Shown one piece after another: positions 26,624 to 37,264 of a stretch of DNA of 64,000 bases. Below the pieces are notes generated by a model, which saw nothing but the letters and a program-made list of their open reading frames with translations, was not told the origin of the DNA and did no database searches. The first letter of the stretch is position 1. Each line of letters begins with the position of its first letter. A program made the translations under genes and the position numbers. The stretch lies in NCBI GenBank assembly GCA_050296315.1, contig JBNKRE010000006.1, positions 89,760 to 153,759 on the forward strand, read 5' to 3'. The stretch is from Halarcobacter sp. GTDB taxonomy: Bacteria; Campylobacterota; Campylobacteria; Campylobacterales; Arcobacteraceae.

Positions 26624-29086
26624 TTATTTCTCCTCTTTTGGTTCATAGTTTGGTAAGTTATTTGTATCAATTACAATAGGGTCAAACTCTTTTGCAAATC
26701 CATCTTCAATCGCTTTTGCCCAAGGGTCAACTTGTGCTGATTTTTGAGATTCTTCAAAACGAGCTGCATAAAATACCCTTTTTTCTTTATCTAAGATGAT
26801 GTTTTTAACATACTCTAAACCAACTCTTTCTACCCAGTGAGCAGTTCTTTCTAAGTAGTATGCATCTTCTCTATAAAACTGCATAAAGGCTTTTGTGTAT
26901 TCAATTAACTCTTCGTCAGTTTCTACTTTACAAAGTAAATCTGTTACTCTAACTTTGATACCACCATTTCCTGCAATATGTATCTCCCATCCAGAATCAA
27001 CACCAACTACCCCAAAGTCTTTGATAGTAGCTTCTGCACAGTTTCTAGGACATCCTGAAACAGCCAGCTTATACTTATGTGGTGTCCAACTCCCCCATGT
27101 AAGTTTTTCAAGTTGTACACCCATATTCATTGAATCTTGTGTACCAAACCTACAATAAGTGTTTCCTACACAAGTTTTAACTGTACGTAAACCTTTTGCA
27201 TAAGCTTGTCCAGATACAAAGCCACAATCATTTAAATCTTTCCACATAGGAGCTAATTGCTCTTTTTTTATTCCAAGCATATCTAGTCTTTGCCCACCAG
27301 TAAACTTAACTGTTGGTACATCATATTTAACAGCAATATCAGCTATATCCTTAAGTTCTTGAGGTGAAGTTAATCCTCCCCAGATTCTTGGAACTACAGA
27401 GTATGTACCATCTTTTTGTATGTTGGCAAACATTCTATCATTTACTAAGGCACTTCTTTTATCATTTTTATATTTATCATCGTTGTATTTAACAAGTAGA
27501 TAATAGTTTACTGCTGGTCTACATTTTGCACATCCATCTTGTGTTTTCCAAGATAATTTATTAAATACATCGTAAACAGTTTCAAACTCACCCTCATCAA
27601 TAGCTTTTTTAATCTCTCCATGACCAAGGTCTGTACATCCACAAATACCTTCAGGGGTACTATTATATTCATCTCCTAAAGTGTTTACTAAAATTTGTTC
27701 AACTAAGCCACTACAAGAACCACATGATGCACCTGCTTTTGTACATGATTTTACATCTGAAAGTGATTTTAAATCTTTTTCTTTTATAGCTTTTACAATA
27801 TCACCTTTGCAAACCCCATTACAACCACAAACCTCTTCATCATCACTCATGGCATTTACATCATTCCCACCATGACCACTGTCACCTAATGCTGATTTTC
27901 CAAATAATATTTTTGTTCTTAAATCACTTATATCAGTCTGTTCTTTTAAAAGTTTTAAATACCATGAAGCATCGGCTGTATCTCCATATAAAACTATTCC
28001 TATGATTTTATTATTATAGATTACTAACTTTTTATAGATACCTATTTTTTCATCTAATAAAATCAATTCTTCTGTTGTTTCATCACCTAAATAATCACCT
28101 GCTGAAAATAGGTCAATACCTGAGATTTTAAGTCTAGTTGATAAAGTCGAGCCATTATAACTATCTGTATTTTTATTTGCCAAAACTTTTGATAAAACTT
28201 TTGCTTGTTCATAAAGTGGAGCAACTAAACCATAAGTATTGCCTTTGTGTTCAACACATTCACCAACTGCATATATTGAATCATCAGAAGTTTTTAGAAA
28301 ATCATCAACTAAAATACCTTTTTTACACTCTAAATTAGCCTCTTTTGCTAACGCTGTATTTGGAATAATCCCCGTAGCAAAAACTACGATATTTGATTTT
28401 ACAACTGAACCATCACTAAACTTTACAGTTTCAACTTCACTAGTTCCACCTATAGTTTCAATAGTTGTATTTAGTTTAAACTCTATTCCATATGTTTCAA
28501 GGTTTTTTTGTAAAAGTTTCCCACCTGTAGTATCTAATTGTTGTGAAAGAATTGAACCACTTCTATGAACTAAAATTGTCTTAACCCCATGCATAGCAAT
28601 ACCATATGCTGCTTCAAGACCAAGAAGTCCCCCACCAACTACAACAGCAGTTTTATTTTTATCAATAGTGTCAATAATAGTATCCACATCAGCTTTTGTT
28701 CTAAATGCTATAACATTTCTAAGATCACTTCCAGAAGTTTGTGGAATAAAAGCATTTGAACCAGTAGCTATTAGAAGCTTGTCATAAGATACTACTTTTC
28801 CACTCTGGCTTGTAATAGTTTTTTCATCTTTATTGATAGAGATAACTTTGTCCCCTTTGTATAAAGTGATATTGTTTTGTTCATACCAAGTTTGATGGTT
28901 TATAATAGTATCTTCAAAACTTTTTTCCTTTGAAAGGATATATGAAAGCATGATTCTATTATAGTTTACATGTGGTTCTTCACCAAAAACTGTAATATCA
29001 TACCTTGTATTATCAAGTTCTAATAAGTCTTCAATGAGTCGAAGACCACTCATACCATTTCCAATTACTACTAATTTCTCTTTCAC
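26624..29086 (-). CDS. nirB: NAD(P)H-dependent assimilatory nitrite reductase large subunit
   Basis: VIGNGMSG, VVGGGLLGLEAA, two BFD-like Cys clusters, KTCVGNTYCRFG and SGCPRNCAE siroheme/[4Fe-4S] motifs. Confidence 0.96.
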   Translation of the reverse strand: MKEKLVVIGNGMSGLRLIEDLLELDNTRYDITVFGEEPHVNYNRIMLSYILSKEKSFEDTIINHQTWYEQNNITLYKGDKVISINKDEKTITSQSGKVVSYDKLLIATGSNAFIPQTSGSDLRNVIAFRTKADVDTIIDTIDKNKTAVVVGGGLLGLEAAYGIAMHGVKTILVHRSGSILSQQLDTTGGKLLQKNLETYGIEFKLNTTIETIGGTSEVETVKFSDGSVVKSNIVVFATGIIPNTALAKEANLECKKGILVDDFLKTSDDSIYAVGECVEHKGNTYGLVAPLYEQAKVLSKVLANKNTDSYNGSTLSTRLKISGIDLFSAGDYLGDETTEELILLDEKIGIYKKLVIYNNKIIGIVLYGDTADASWYLKLLKEQTDISDLRTKILFGKSALGDSGHGGNDVNAMSDDEEVCGCNGVCKGDIVKAIKEKDLKSLSDVKSCTKAGASCGSCSGLVEQILVNTLGDEYNSTPEGICGCTDLGHGEIKKAIDEGEFETVYDVFNKLSWKTQDGCAKCRPAVNYYLLVKYNDDKYKNDKRSALVNDRMFANIQKDGTYSVVPRIWGGLTSPQELKDIADIAVKYDVPTVKFTGGQRLDMLGIKKEQLAPMWKDLNDCGFVSGQAYAKGLRTVKTCVGNTYCRFGTQDSMNMGVQLEKLTWGSWTPHKYKLAVSGCPRNCAEATIKDFGVVGVDSGWEIHIAGNGGIKVRVTDLLCKVETDEELIEYTKAFMQFYREDAYYLERTAHWVERVGLEYVKNIILDKEKRVFYAARFEESQKSAQVDPWAKAIEDGFAKEFDPIVIDTNNLPNYEPKEEK

Positions 29087-29150
29087 AATTTTTCCTTTTC
29101 TTTCTATTTTGTAATTATTCCATAGTTTTCAAATTAAATACCCAGCAAAA

Positions 29151-29167
29151 TGTATATTTAATAAACA
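29151..29167. promoter_or_regulatory. 17-bp operator-like motif upstream of nirB
   Basis: TGTATATTTAATAAACA; near-identical copies at 31916 and 44843. Confidence 0.65.
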
Positions 29168-29175
29168 TATAAAAC

Positions 29176-30903
29176 TTAGTCTAACATTAAAATTAATATT
29201 ATCGATAATTCAATCAATGTTAATGTTTGCCAAAAGACTAATGGATTTCTTTTCATTAGTGGGGGTCGATTTCTTTTTAGAAAGTCTTCATTTGGATTGA
29301 ATAAGTCATATATAAATTCGGAGAGTTCACCATATCTGTTTATTGGGTCAATCTCTAAAGCTTTTTTCAAAGCTTCATCAACCCAAAGTGGAACTAAAGA
29401 ATCATCTTTATCAAAATAAAGTGGATTGTATTTTAGTTTTTTCATATCAGATTTAGTACTACATCTAGCAATTTTAGTATCGTATGGAAATTTTCCAGAT
29501 ATCATCTGATATGTTATAACTGCAAGTGAAAATATATCTGAACGGTTTGAGCCTCTATCTCCCCAAAAATATTCTGGAGCAGAATATAAAGCTGTACCTT
29601 GAAGCTCTTCTTGAACTAGATGAGTATTTATATCTTGAATCCCTTCCACTTTTGAAGAACCAAAATCTATTATTTTTATAGAGTCTGTTTCATCTATTAG
29701 AATATTTTGAGGACGGAGGTCTTGATGAATCATTTCTAATCTATGAAAAGTATATAGACCCTTTGCAATTTGTTCTACTATATCTCTTACTTTTTGTAGT
29801 TTTGGCTTTGGATTATCAACTATCCATTGGCTTAAGGTTTGACCTTTTATATATTCTGTTACATTATATAAGTAGTTTTGTCTTCTATTTTGGTGGTAAG
29901 ATTTTACTACATAGGCATTATTGATTTTTTTTGCAATCCAATCTTCAAGCATAAATCTTTCTAAATATGCTTTATCATCTTTTAATTCTGTTGAAGGAAT
30001 TTTTATAATAACTTCTTTTTGAGTTTCATCATCAATGGCTAAATAAACATGGCTTCTAGGACTTGAACTGATATTTCTAATTATTGTATATTCATCAAAT
30101 TTTTCTCTAGCTTCTAATATAGGGGGAAGAGGTTTTAATTCAAGCTGTGAGTTTATATCTTTGATCTCTTTATTTGGAAGATTTATTACTTTTATGATTT
30201 GGATAGTTAAGTTGTCTTTACTTCCATTTTCTATAGATTTTTCAACTATATCTTTACATAAACCATCATAATCATCTTTATAACTATCAAGTAGTTTTAT
30301 AATCTCTTCTAAATTTATATGTTCATAAACACCATCTGTTGCTAAGACAAAAATATCCTCTTTTTCTAAATCAGTACAATCATAATCTACACTTAAAATT
30401 GAGTCTAGACCCATTGCCCGACTTAGATAATTTTCCTCTTTTGATATATATAATCTGTGGTCAGATGTTAGTTGTTGTATATTATTATCTCTTATTTTAT
30501 AAACTCTACTATCCCCTATATGAAATATATGTGCCTTAGTTGATTTGAGTATTATTGAACTAAATGTACAAACATACCCTTTATCTTTATTGTATCTATG
30601 AATAGATTGTTTTGTTTGAGAATATAACCAAGAGTTGGTAGCAGTTAAAACTCTATGGGCTGATTTTTTAACTGACCAAGTCTGAGAGGTACAATAGTAA
30701 TCTTCTATGAAAGAATTTATGGAAATTTTGCTGGCAATATCACTTACATCACTACTACTTATACCATCAGCAAGAGCAACAGCAATACCTTTATACTTTA
30801 ATAAATAATCGTTTGGTGTACTAATGGCATGGAAGTCTTGATTTACTTCTTTGACACCTTTTGATGAATATTGTCCTGAAATAATTTGTAATTGATTTTT
30901 CAT
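29176..30903 (-). CDS. Bifunctional PP2C phosphatase / Ser-Thr protein kinase with C-terminal TM
   Basis: LADG, HIGDSRVY, ATDG, KDN (PP2C); IIK, HQDLRPQN, IIDFG, YSAPE (kinase). Confidence 0.92.
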   Translation of the reverse strand: MKNQLQIISGQYSSKGVKEVNQDFHAISTPNDYLLKYKGIAVALADGISSSDVSDIASKISINSFIEDYYCTSQTWSVKKSAHRVLTATNSWLYSQTKQSIHRYNKDKGYVCTFSSIILKSTKAHIFHIGDSRVYKIRDNNIQQLTSDHRLYISKEENYLSRAMGLDSILSVDYDCTDLEKEDIFVLATDGVYEHINLEEIIKLLDSYKDDYDGLCKDIVEKSIENGSKDNLTIQIIKVINLPNKEIKDINSQLELKPLPPILEAREKFDEYTIIRNISSSPRSHVYLAIDDETQKEVIIKIPSTELKDDKAYLERFMLEDWIAKKINNAYVVKSYHQNRRQNYLYNVTEYIKGQTLSQWIVDNPKPKLQKVRDIVEQIAKGLYTFHRLEMIHQDLRPQNILIDETDSIKIIDFGSSKVEGIQDINTHLVQEELQGTALYSAPEYFWGDRGSNRSDIFSLAVITYQMISGKFPYDTKIARCSTKSDMKKLKYNPLYFDKDDSLVPLWVDEALKKALEIDPINRYGELSEFIYDLFNPNEDFLKRNRPPLMKRNPLVFWQTLTLIELSIILILMLD

Positions 30904-30958
30904 ACTATCGACCTTAATGAAAACAAAAGTTTAAATATTTGTCTTCATTAAAATAGAT

Positions 30959-30988
30959 AAAACTTATAGGCCTTAGCCTATAAGTTTT
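30959..30988 (-). terminator. Hairpin after FNT gene
   Basis: AAAACTTATAGG / CCTATAAGTTTT 12-bp inverted repeat overlapping the stop. Confidence 0.6.
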
Positions 30989-31829
30989 ATGCAGCTCTCT
31001 TTGAGCTTGAGTTTGAAATTGATAAATCTCTTTTTGCACCAGTTTTAACATGTGTTGCATAGATCATAAGACCAACAAATAGTAATCCTCCAACCATATT
31101 TCCAAGAGCTACAGGAAGCTCATTCCATAATAAGTAATCAGAAATTGTAAAGTTACCACCCATGATTAATGAAAAAGGGAATAAAAACATATTTACAATT
31201 GAGTGCTCAAATCCCATAAAGAAGAAAAGCATAATTGGCATCCACATTGCAAGCCATTTACCAGAAACTGATGTTGAAATCATTGCTCCAACAACACCCA
31301 TAGAAACCATCCAGTTACATAACATACCTCTAATAAATACAGTAATCCAACCATCTAATCCATATGCAGAGTAGCCAAGTGTTCTAGCTTCACCAATTTT
31401 TGCAACTTTAGCTGCAATTGCTCCACCATCAGTGTTAAATCCATAAGTAAAAATGAAAGCCATCATTGCAGCAACAGTAAAAGCACCAGCAAAATTACCT
31501 AATGCAACTAATCCCCAGTTTCTAAGAATTTGTCCAATTGTAACACCTGGTCTTTTATCAATCCAAGCTAATGGAACCAATGTAAATACACCAGTTAAAA
31601 GGTCAAATTTCATTAAATACAACATAATAAATCCAACAGGGAATAAACAAGCTCCTAAAATAGGAGAACCCGATTTCATTGCAACTGTTATTGCAAAAAC
31701 AGCAGCTAAAGCTAAAATTGCTCCTGCCATATACGCTCTAATTAACGTGTCCCTTGTAGACATAAAAACTTTTTGTTCACCAGCATCAACCATTTTGGTT
31801 GCAAACTCAGATGGTTCTATGTAAGCCAT
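30987..31829 (-). CDS. nirC: Formate/nitrite transporter (NirC-like)
   Basis: FPVGF, DLLTG, GNFAG, GMLCNWMV, GFEHSIVNM, GNMVGG. Confidence 0.85.
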   Translation of the reverse strand: MAYIEPSEFATKMVDAGEQKVFMSTRDTLIRAYMAGAILALAAVFAITVAMKSGSPILGACLFPVGFIMLYLMKFDLLTGVFTLVPLAWIDKRPGVTIGQILRNWGLVALGNFAGAFTVAAMMAFIFTYGFNTDGGAIAAKVAKIGEARTLGYSAYGLDGWITVFIRGMLCNWMVSMGVVGAMISTSVSGKWLAMWMPIMLFFFMGFEHSIVNMFLFPFSLIMGGNFTISDYLLWNELPVALGNMVGGLLFVGLMIYATHVKTGAKRDLSISNSSSKRAA

Positions 31830-31915
31830 AAATGCTCCTTTTTCTTTTTTAATTTTGATATGTTGAAATTAAACAAATAAAAGTGAGGAAAAAAATAGGA
31901 TAAATAAAGTATGAG

Positions 31916-31932
31916 TGTATATAAAATAAACA
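31916..31932. promoter_or_regulatory. 17-bp operator-like motif between FNT and histidine kinase genes
   Basis: TGTATATAAAATAAACA, identical to 44843-44859. Confidence 0.6.
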
Positions 31933-31933
31933 A

Positions 31934-33532
31934 GTGAAGAAAATTTTTGAAAATTTATTGTTTTATAATAAAAAAAACAAAGGAAATAGTATTAAAAAGT
32001 ATATAACTTTTATTTTTTTATTCTTTTTATTATCTTTATTTGTAATTATTGGTTTTACAGTTAGAGAGTCCTATAAAGTGCAAGAGAAGTTATTAGAAGA
32101 TAGTTTAGAAAAAAAAGCTCTTGCTATATTTAATCTTATAGTTGATATGAGACATTGGAATGCACAATTTGATGGGGTATATGTAAAAACAGAAGAGCTA
32201 AAACCTAATCCCTATTTAAACCCAGGATTTATAAAATCTGAAAATAAAGATACCTTAGTATGGATAAATCCTGCATTTATGACAAGACAAATTTCAAATA
32301 TTGCAAATCAAAGGGATGGGTTTAGACTAAAAATCACAAGTAATAAACTGATAAATAAAAACAATGCTCCAGATGCGTATGAAAAAAAGATACTTGACTA
32401 TTTTGATGAAAACCCTGAAGTTCCATATTATTGGAAAATAGAAGATAATACTTTTAAATTTATGGGTGCACTTAAAACAGAGCAAGATTGTTTGAAGTGT
32501 CATGCAAAACAAGGTTACCATGTAGGGGATGTTAGAGGTGGTATTAGTGTATTCTTTGATGCAAAACAAGAATATACACAACTAGAAGAGATAAATAAAG
32601 ATAAAACCCAAACAATAATCTATCTAATAATTGCAGCAATTGGAACACTTATAACTTTTGTAATCTATCAAAGTATAAAAATAAGAGATGAAAAAAAGAT
32701 TTCTTTATTAAATAGAAGTTTAGAGAAAAAAATAGATGAATTAGATGAGTTCAATAAAACCCTACACAACAAAGTAAACATAGAGGTTAAAAAACAAAGG
32801 GAAAAAGAAAACTTACTTATCCAACAATCAAAACTTGCAGCTCTTGGAGAGATGATTGGAAATATTGCCCATCAATGGAGACAACCAATTAGTGCAGTTA
32901 GTGCAATAATGATGAATATAAAATGGACAGCAATTTCACAAGGTGTAGACAAAAATTTTTTAGATGAGAGAATGAAAGAAGCAAATGAACAACTTAAATA
33001 TATGTCTCAAACCATAGATGATTTTAGAAGTTTTTTTAAACCAGATAAAGAGAAGGAGTATTTTAATCTAAAAATAAAAGCAAAAAATGCATATAAAATT
33101 GTAAAAGATACATTACAAAACAATAATATAAACCTTCAAATAATTTGTAAAAAAGATGATATTACGGCATATGGTTATCCTAATGAATTCTCTCAAGTTA
33201 TATTAAATCTAATCTCAAATGCAAAAGATGTATTAATTGATAGGCAGATAAAACAGCCCAAAATTGTAATAGATATATATGAAGAGGAAAATAAACTTTT
33301 TTGTGCAGTAAAGGATAATGCTGGGGGAATAGAAAAAAAATATATAGATAGAATATTTGAACCATATTTTACGACAAAAGAGACAGAGGGTACAGGAATA
33401 GGGCTTTATATTTCAAAAGAGATTATAGAAAAACATATGTCGGGTTCTTTAATAGTTAAAAATAGTAATGAGGGAGCAGTATTTATAATAAATCTTCCTA
33501 AAATTGAGGTAAAAGATGATGAAAGAGCTTGA
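31934..33532 (+). CDS. Sensor histidine kinase with periplasmic c-type heme (DUF3365-like) domain
   Basis: WINPAFMTRQIS, TSNKLINKNNAPDAYE, CLKCH, GDVRGGISV; H-box GNIAHQWRQP; GTG start uncertain. Confidence 0.88.
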   Translation: MKKIFENLLFYNKKNKGNSIKKYITFIFLFFLLSLFVIIGFTVRESYKVQEKLLEDSLEKKALAIFNLIVDMRHWNAQFDGVYVKTEELKPNPYLNPGFIKSENKDTLVWINPAFMTRQISNIANQRDGFRLKITSNKLINKNNAPDAYEKKILDYFDENPEVPYYWKIEDNTFKFMGALKTEQDCLKCHAKQGYHVGDVRGGISVFFDAKQEYTQLEEINKDKTQTIIYLIIAAIGTLITFVIYQSIKIRDEKKISLLNRSLEKKIDELDEFNKTLHNKVNIEVKKQREKENLLIQQSKLAALGEMIGNIAHQWRQPISAVSAIMMNIKWTAISQGVDKNFLDERMKEANEQLKYMSQTIDDFRSFFKPDKEKEYFNLKIKAKNAYKIVKDTLQNNNINLQIICKKDDITAYGYPNEFSQVILNLISNAKDVLIDRQIKQPKIVIDIYEEENKLFCAVKDNAGGIEKKYIDRIFEPYFTTKETEGTGIGLYISKEIIEKHMSGSLIVKNSNEGAVFIINLPKIEVKDDERA

Positions 33533-34199
33533 AAGACTAAAAAATAAAACTATTTTATTAGTAGAAGATGAAGATATCATAAGAGATAATATCAGCTCAA
33601 TGTTAAAATTCTTTTTCAAAGAGGTTTACACAGCAGTTGATGGATATGATGGTTTAGATATGTATGAAAAACATCTACCAGATATTGTAATGACAGATTT
33701 AAAAATGCCAAATATGAATGGTTTCGAACTTTTACAAGAGTTAAAAAACAGAGCCTGTAGTGCTTACACAATAATAGTATCAGCTCATACAGATACGCAG
33801 TTTTTAATAAATGCAATCCACAATGGTGTAGATAGATACATAATAAAACCAGTAACAGAAGAGGAACTTTTTGAAGGCTTTAAAGCATATTTTGAAAAGA
33901 TAGATAAAATCTTACCACAAATTGTTGAGGTAACAAATGAGGTAAAAATAGATTTTGATAATAATCTTATCATTAACAAAGAGGAAAAATTTCACACAAA
34001 TAAAAAAGAAACACTTCTTTTAAAACTTCTATGCTCAGATATAAATAAAACTTTTTCTTATGAAGAGATAGAGCTACAAGTTTGGGGAAGTGAATCTATG
34101 AGTTTATCTGCTATAAGAAGTGTTGTAAGGGATTTACGAAAGAAGATTGGTAGTGAGTTTGTAGTTAATGTTTCTGGGATGGGGTATAGGCTAAAATAA
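33516..34199 (+). CDS. OmpR-family response regulator
   Basis: LLVEDE, TDLKMP, KP; winged-helix C-terminus (RDLRKKI, GMGYRL). Confidence 0.92.
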   Translation: MMKELERLKNKTILLVEDEDIIRDNISSMLKFFFKEVYTAVDGYDGLDMYEKHLPDIVMTDLKMPNMNGFELLQELKNRACSAYTIIVSAHTDTQFLINAIHNGVDRYIIKPVTEEELFEGFKAYFEKIDKILPQIVEVTNEVKIDFDNNLIINKEEKFHTNKKETLLLKLLCSDINKTFSYEEIELQVWGSESMSLSAIRSVVRDLRKKIGSEFVVNVSGMGYRLK

Positions 34200-34207
34200 T
34201 TTTTTGA

Positions 34208-34233
34208 AATTCCTATGTTTTAATATAGGAATT
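34208..34233 (+). terminator. Hairpin after response regulator
   Basis: AATTCCTAT / ATAGGAATT. Confidence 0.5.
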
Positions 34234-34513
34234 CATAAAGAAGATAATTCTTAGATTTTGAGACTGATCAGAATTTTGTGCTAGTACCCGATAGTTATTA
34301 AAATTATATCACCGTGTAGCTTTTGCTACTTATATAGAGAAAACTCCAGAACCTACAGGTTGTTGAACTTATGTTTTTATAGCTCATTTTTGTGTCCTAT
34401 AAAGTGTTGACATTCCACATATCCAACATTAATTATTGTTAAGTCATTTTTTCTTTGTTGACATGAGTAATCACTAAAACTTCTTACATTTCTAACATCT
34501 AATATATTTTTTG

Positions 34514-34534
34514 AAAAAGGAGTATCTCCTTTTT
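34514..34534. terminator. Terminator-like hairpin upstream of hsdM
   Basis: AAAAAGGAG-TAT-CTCCTTTTT. Confidence 0.5.
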
Positions 34535-34714
34535 AAATTTGATAAAAAGAATAGTTACTATTACTTTATTTAAAATTAAACATAAATGCTTTAGTCTTTT
34601 ATGTATCTTGTATTAAATTAATAATAAATTTAATAGAAGATACAAGAAATAATCATTATAAAACTTATAATAAAGTATAATTCATGACTTACTTGATAGA
34701 TATATAGGAAATTA

Positions 34715-37264
34715 ATGAAACGTAAACTTACCCTTTCTTGGCTTGAAACTTTTTTGATGGATGCTTGTGATATTCTTAGAGGAAATATGGATGCATCAGA
34801 GTTCAAAGAATATATTTTTGGAATGCTTTTTTTAAAAAGATTAAATGATAAATTTGAAAACGATAAAATAAAAAAAGAGTTTGAACTTAGAAAGAAATAC
34901 ACAGATGAAGCTAAGATAAAAAAAGCTCTTGAGAAAAGAAGTTCTTATCAGTACTATGTACCAGAGTCTGCTTTATGGAAGCATATCAAAAAAGATAAAG
35001 ATGGCAATACTATAAATGATGGTATCTTACATGTTAAACATGATGTTGGGAACAGACTAAACAAAGCCCTCTCAGAACTAGAAGATGAAAACCCAGACAA
35101 ATTGAGTGGTGTACTTACAAACATAAACTTCAACAGAACCATAGGAAAAAGTAAAAATGCACTCAATGATGAAAAACTTATTGAGTTCATAAAACACTTC
35201 AACTCTGTAGAACTTATAGATGATAATTTTGAGTTTCCTGATATCCTTGGGACTGCTTATGAATATCTTATAAAATATTTTGCAGATAGTGCAGGGAAAA
35301 AAGGTGGAGAGTTTTATACACCAAATGAGGTGGTAAAACTTTTAGTGACTATCCTCGAGCCATCGGAGACTACAACTATTTATGATCCTACTTGTGGATC
35401 AGGTGGTATGCTTATAGAGGCTAAAAACTATGTTCAAGCTAGATATGGAAGTAGTGACAAGCTTAGTTTTTATGGGCAAGAGCTAAGTGGTACTACATGG
35501 TCACTTTGTAAGATGAATATGCTTTTTCATGATATCTTCGATGCAAATATTTATCAAGGTGATACTCTTACAGAACCACAGCATATAGAAAAAGGGGAGC
35601 TTCAACGCTTCGATATGGTTATGGCAAATCCACCGTTTTCAGCTAACTATTCAGATATTAAAAGCTTTAAAGATAGATTTCACTACTGGATGCCAAAGAA
35701 GAAAAAAGCTGATTTTATGTTTGTGCAACACATGGTAAGTGTACTAAAAGATGATGGGCGTATGGGTGTAGTGATGCCCCACGGGATATTATTTCGTGGG
35801 TCTGAAGAAAAAAGTATGAGAGAGTGGCTAGTGAATAGAGGCTATCTTGAGACTGTGATAGGACTTCCATCTGGACTTTTTTATGGTACTGGTATCCCTG
35901 CATCTCTTCTTATCATAAATAAAAAGGGTGCTTCAAAAAGAGATAAAGTACAGTTTATAAATGCAGATAGAGAGTACAAAGAGGGTAAAAACCAAAATAA
36001 ACTTAGACCTGAGGATATAGCAAAGATAAGTTATGTATATAAAGAAAAACTAGAACTTAAAGGATACGCCACTTCAATACATAAAGATAAACTAGAAGAG
36101 TACAACTTTAACATAAGAAGATATGTGGACAACTCACCACCTCCAACACCCCATGATGTACATGCTCACCTTTATGGTGGAGTACCAGTTGAGGAAGTAG
36201 AGTCTTTTAAAAACTACTGGGTAAATTATCCTACCCTAAAAGATGAGCTATTTGAAAGCTTAAAAGATGGATATATGAGTTTTAGACTATCATCAAAAGA
36301 TGAGATAAAAGAGCTTTTAAATTCACATAAAGATATAAAATCAAAGCAAATAGAGTATATAGATGCTATTACAAAATGGTGGAGTGTAAACTTACCAAAG
36401 CTTGAAGAACTACCAAGTAAAAAGAATGTATTTGCCCTATATCGTGACTTTTCAGAGTCTATCGCTAACGATTTTTCAGCTTTAGGAATACTAGATATCC
36501 ATAAAAGTCGTGGTGCCTTTGCAAGCTACTGGAATAAGCTTGAAGTAGATTTAAAATCTGTAAGTGCAAGTGGCTGGAACAGTGAGTTAATACCAGATGA
36601 TGAAATACTAGCCTCACAGTTCCCTGAAGTACTACAAGAGCTAAACCATAACCAATCAAGGGTAAATGAGCTAGAAAACCTTTTTAAAGAGGTAAATGAA
36701 GTAGAAGAAGATGAGTATAATGAAGAGGACTATGAAGTCTTTCCTAAAGCTATACTAAAAGAGTATAGAGATACTCTAAAGTCTGTAAATAGTGATATAA
36801 AAACTCTAAAAAAAGATATAAAAGCTCTAGAAGTGAGGATAAAAGCAAATGACCAAACAAAAGAGCTAAAAGAACAAAAGCTTCAAAAAGAGGAAAAACT
36901 AGCCCAAGCAGAGTCTCAAAAAACCACTATAGATACAAAGCTAGAAAATCATAAAGCCCTAGAAGATGAGCTAAAATCTTGCAAAGCCACCATAAAAGAG
37001 ATAAAAGATAAAAAAGAGATTTTAGTAGAAGAATCAAAAGGTAAAATCTCTACAGAGGAAGCAAAAGAGCTTATACTAAAAAGATGGAATGACACCCTTT
37101 ACTCTACAGTGATGGAGTATGTAAGTAGATATGAAAGGGAGCTGATAGTAAAACTTGAAGAGCTTTTTGTAAAGTATGAGCATACTTTAGTATCTATACT
37201 TGATAGTAGAAATAAAGCACAAGATGAATTGGATAGTTTTTTAGTGGAATTAGGTTATGAGTAA
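34715..37264 (+). CDS. hsdM: Type I R-M methyltransferase subunit (m6A), long form
   Basis: [22 protein letters not shown] (motif I), NPPF (motif IV), PHGILFRG. Confidence 0.96.
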   Translation: MKRKLTLSWLETFLMDACDILRGNMDASEFKEYIFGMLFLKRLNDKFENDKIKKEFELRKKYTDEAKIKKALEKRSSYQYYVPESALWKHIKKDKDGNTINDGILHVKHDVGNRLNKALSELEDENPDKLSGVLTNINFNRTIGKSKNALNDEKLIEFIKHFNSVELIDDNFEFPDILGTAYEYLIKYFADSAGKKGGEFYTPNEVVKLLVTILEPSETTTIYDPTCGSGGMLIEAKNYVQARYGSSDKLSFYGQELSGTTWSLCKMNMLFHDIFDANIYQGDTLTEPQHIEKGELQRFDMVMANPPFSANYSDIKSFKDRFHYWMPKKKKADFMFVQHMVSVLKDDGRMGVVMPHGILFRGSEEKSMREWLVNRGYLETVIGLPSGLFYGTGIPASLLIINKKGASKRDKVQFINADREYKEGKNQNKLRPEDIAKISYVYKEKLELKGYATSIHKDKLEEYNFNIRRYVDNSPPPTPHDVHAHLYGGVPVEEVESFKNYWVNYPTLKDELFESLKDGYMSFRLSSKDEIKELLNSHKDIKSKQIEYIDAITKWWSVNLPKLEELPSKKNVFALYRDFSESIANDFSALGILDIHKSRGAFASYWNKLEVDLKSVSASGWNSELIPDDEILASQFPEVLQELNHNQSRVNELENLFKEVNEVEEDEYNEEDYEVFPKAILKEYRDTLKSVNSDIKTLKKDIKALEVRIKANDQTKELKEQKLQKEEKLAQAESQKTTIDTKLENHKALEDELKSCKATIKEIKDKKEILVEESKGKISTEEAKELILKRWNDTLYSTVMEYVSRYERELIVKLEELFVKYEHTLVSILDSRNKAQDELDSFLVELGYE

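Noticed and set aside
29125-29150. Possible sigma-54 promoter upstream of nirB
   Set aside because: Reads GG-N10-GA, lacking the required GC at -12
34236-34714. Possible pseudogene or transposase remnant upstream of hsdM
   Set aside because: Longest open stretch (about 50 codons, minus strand) has no start or RBS and no recognisable motif; cannot support a call without a search
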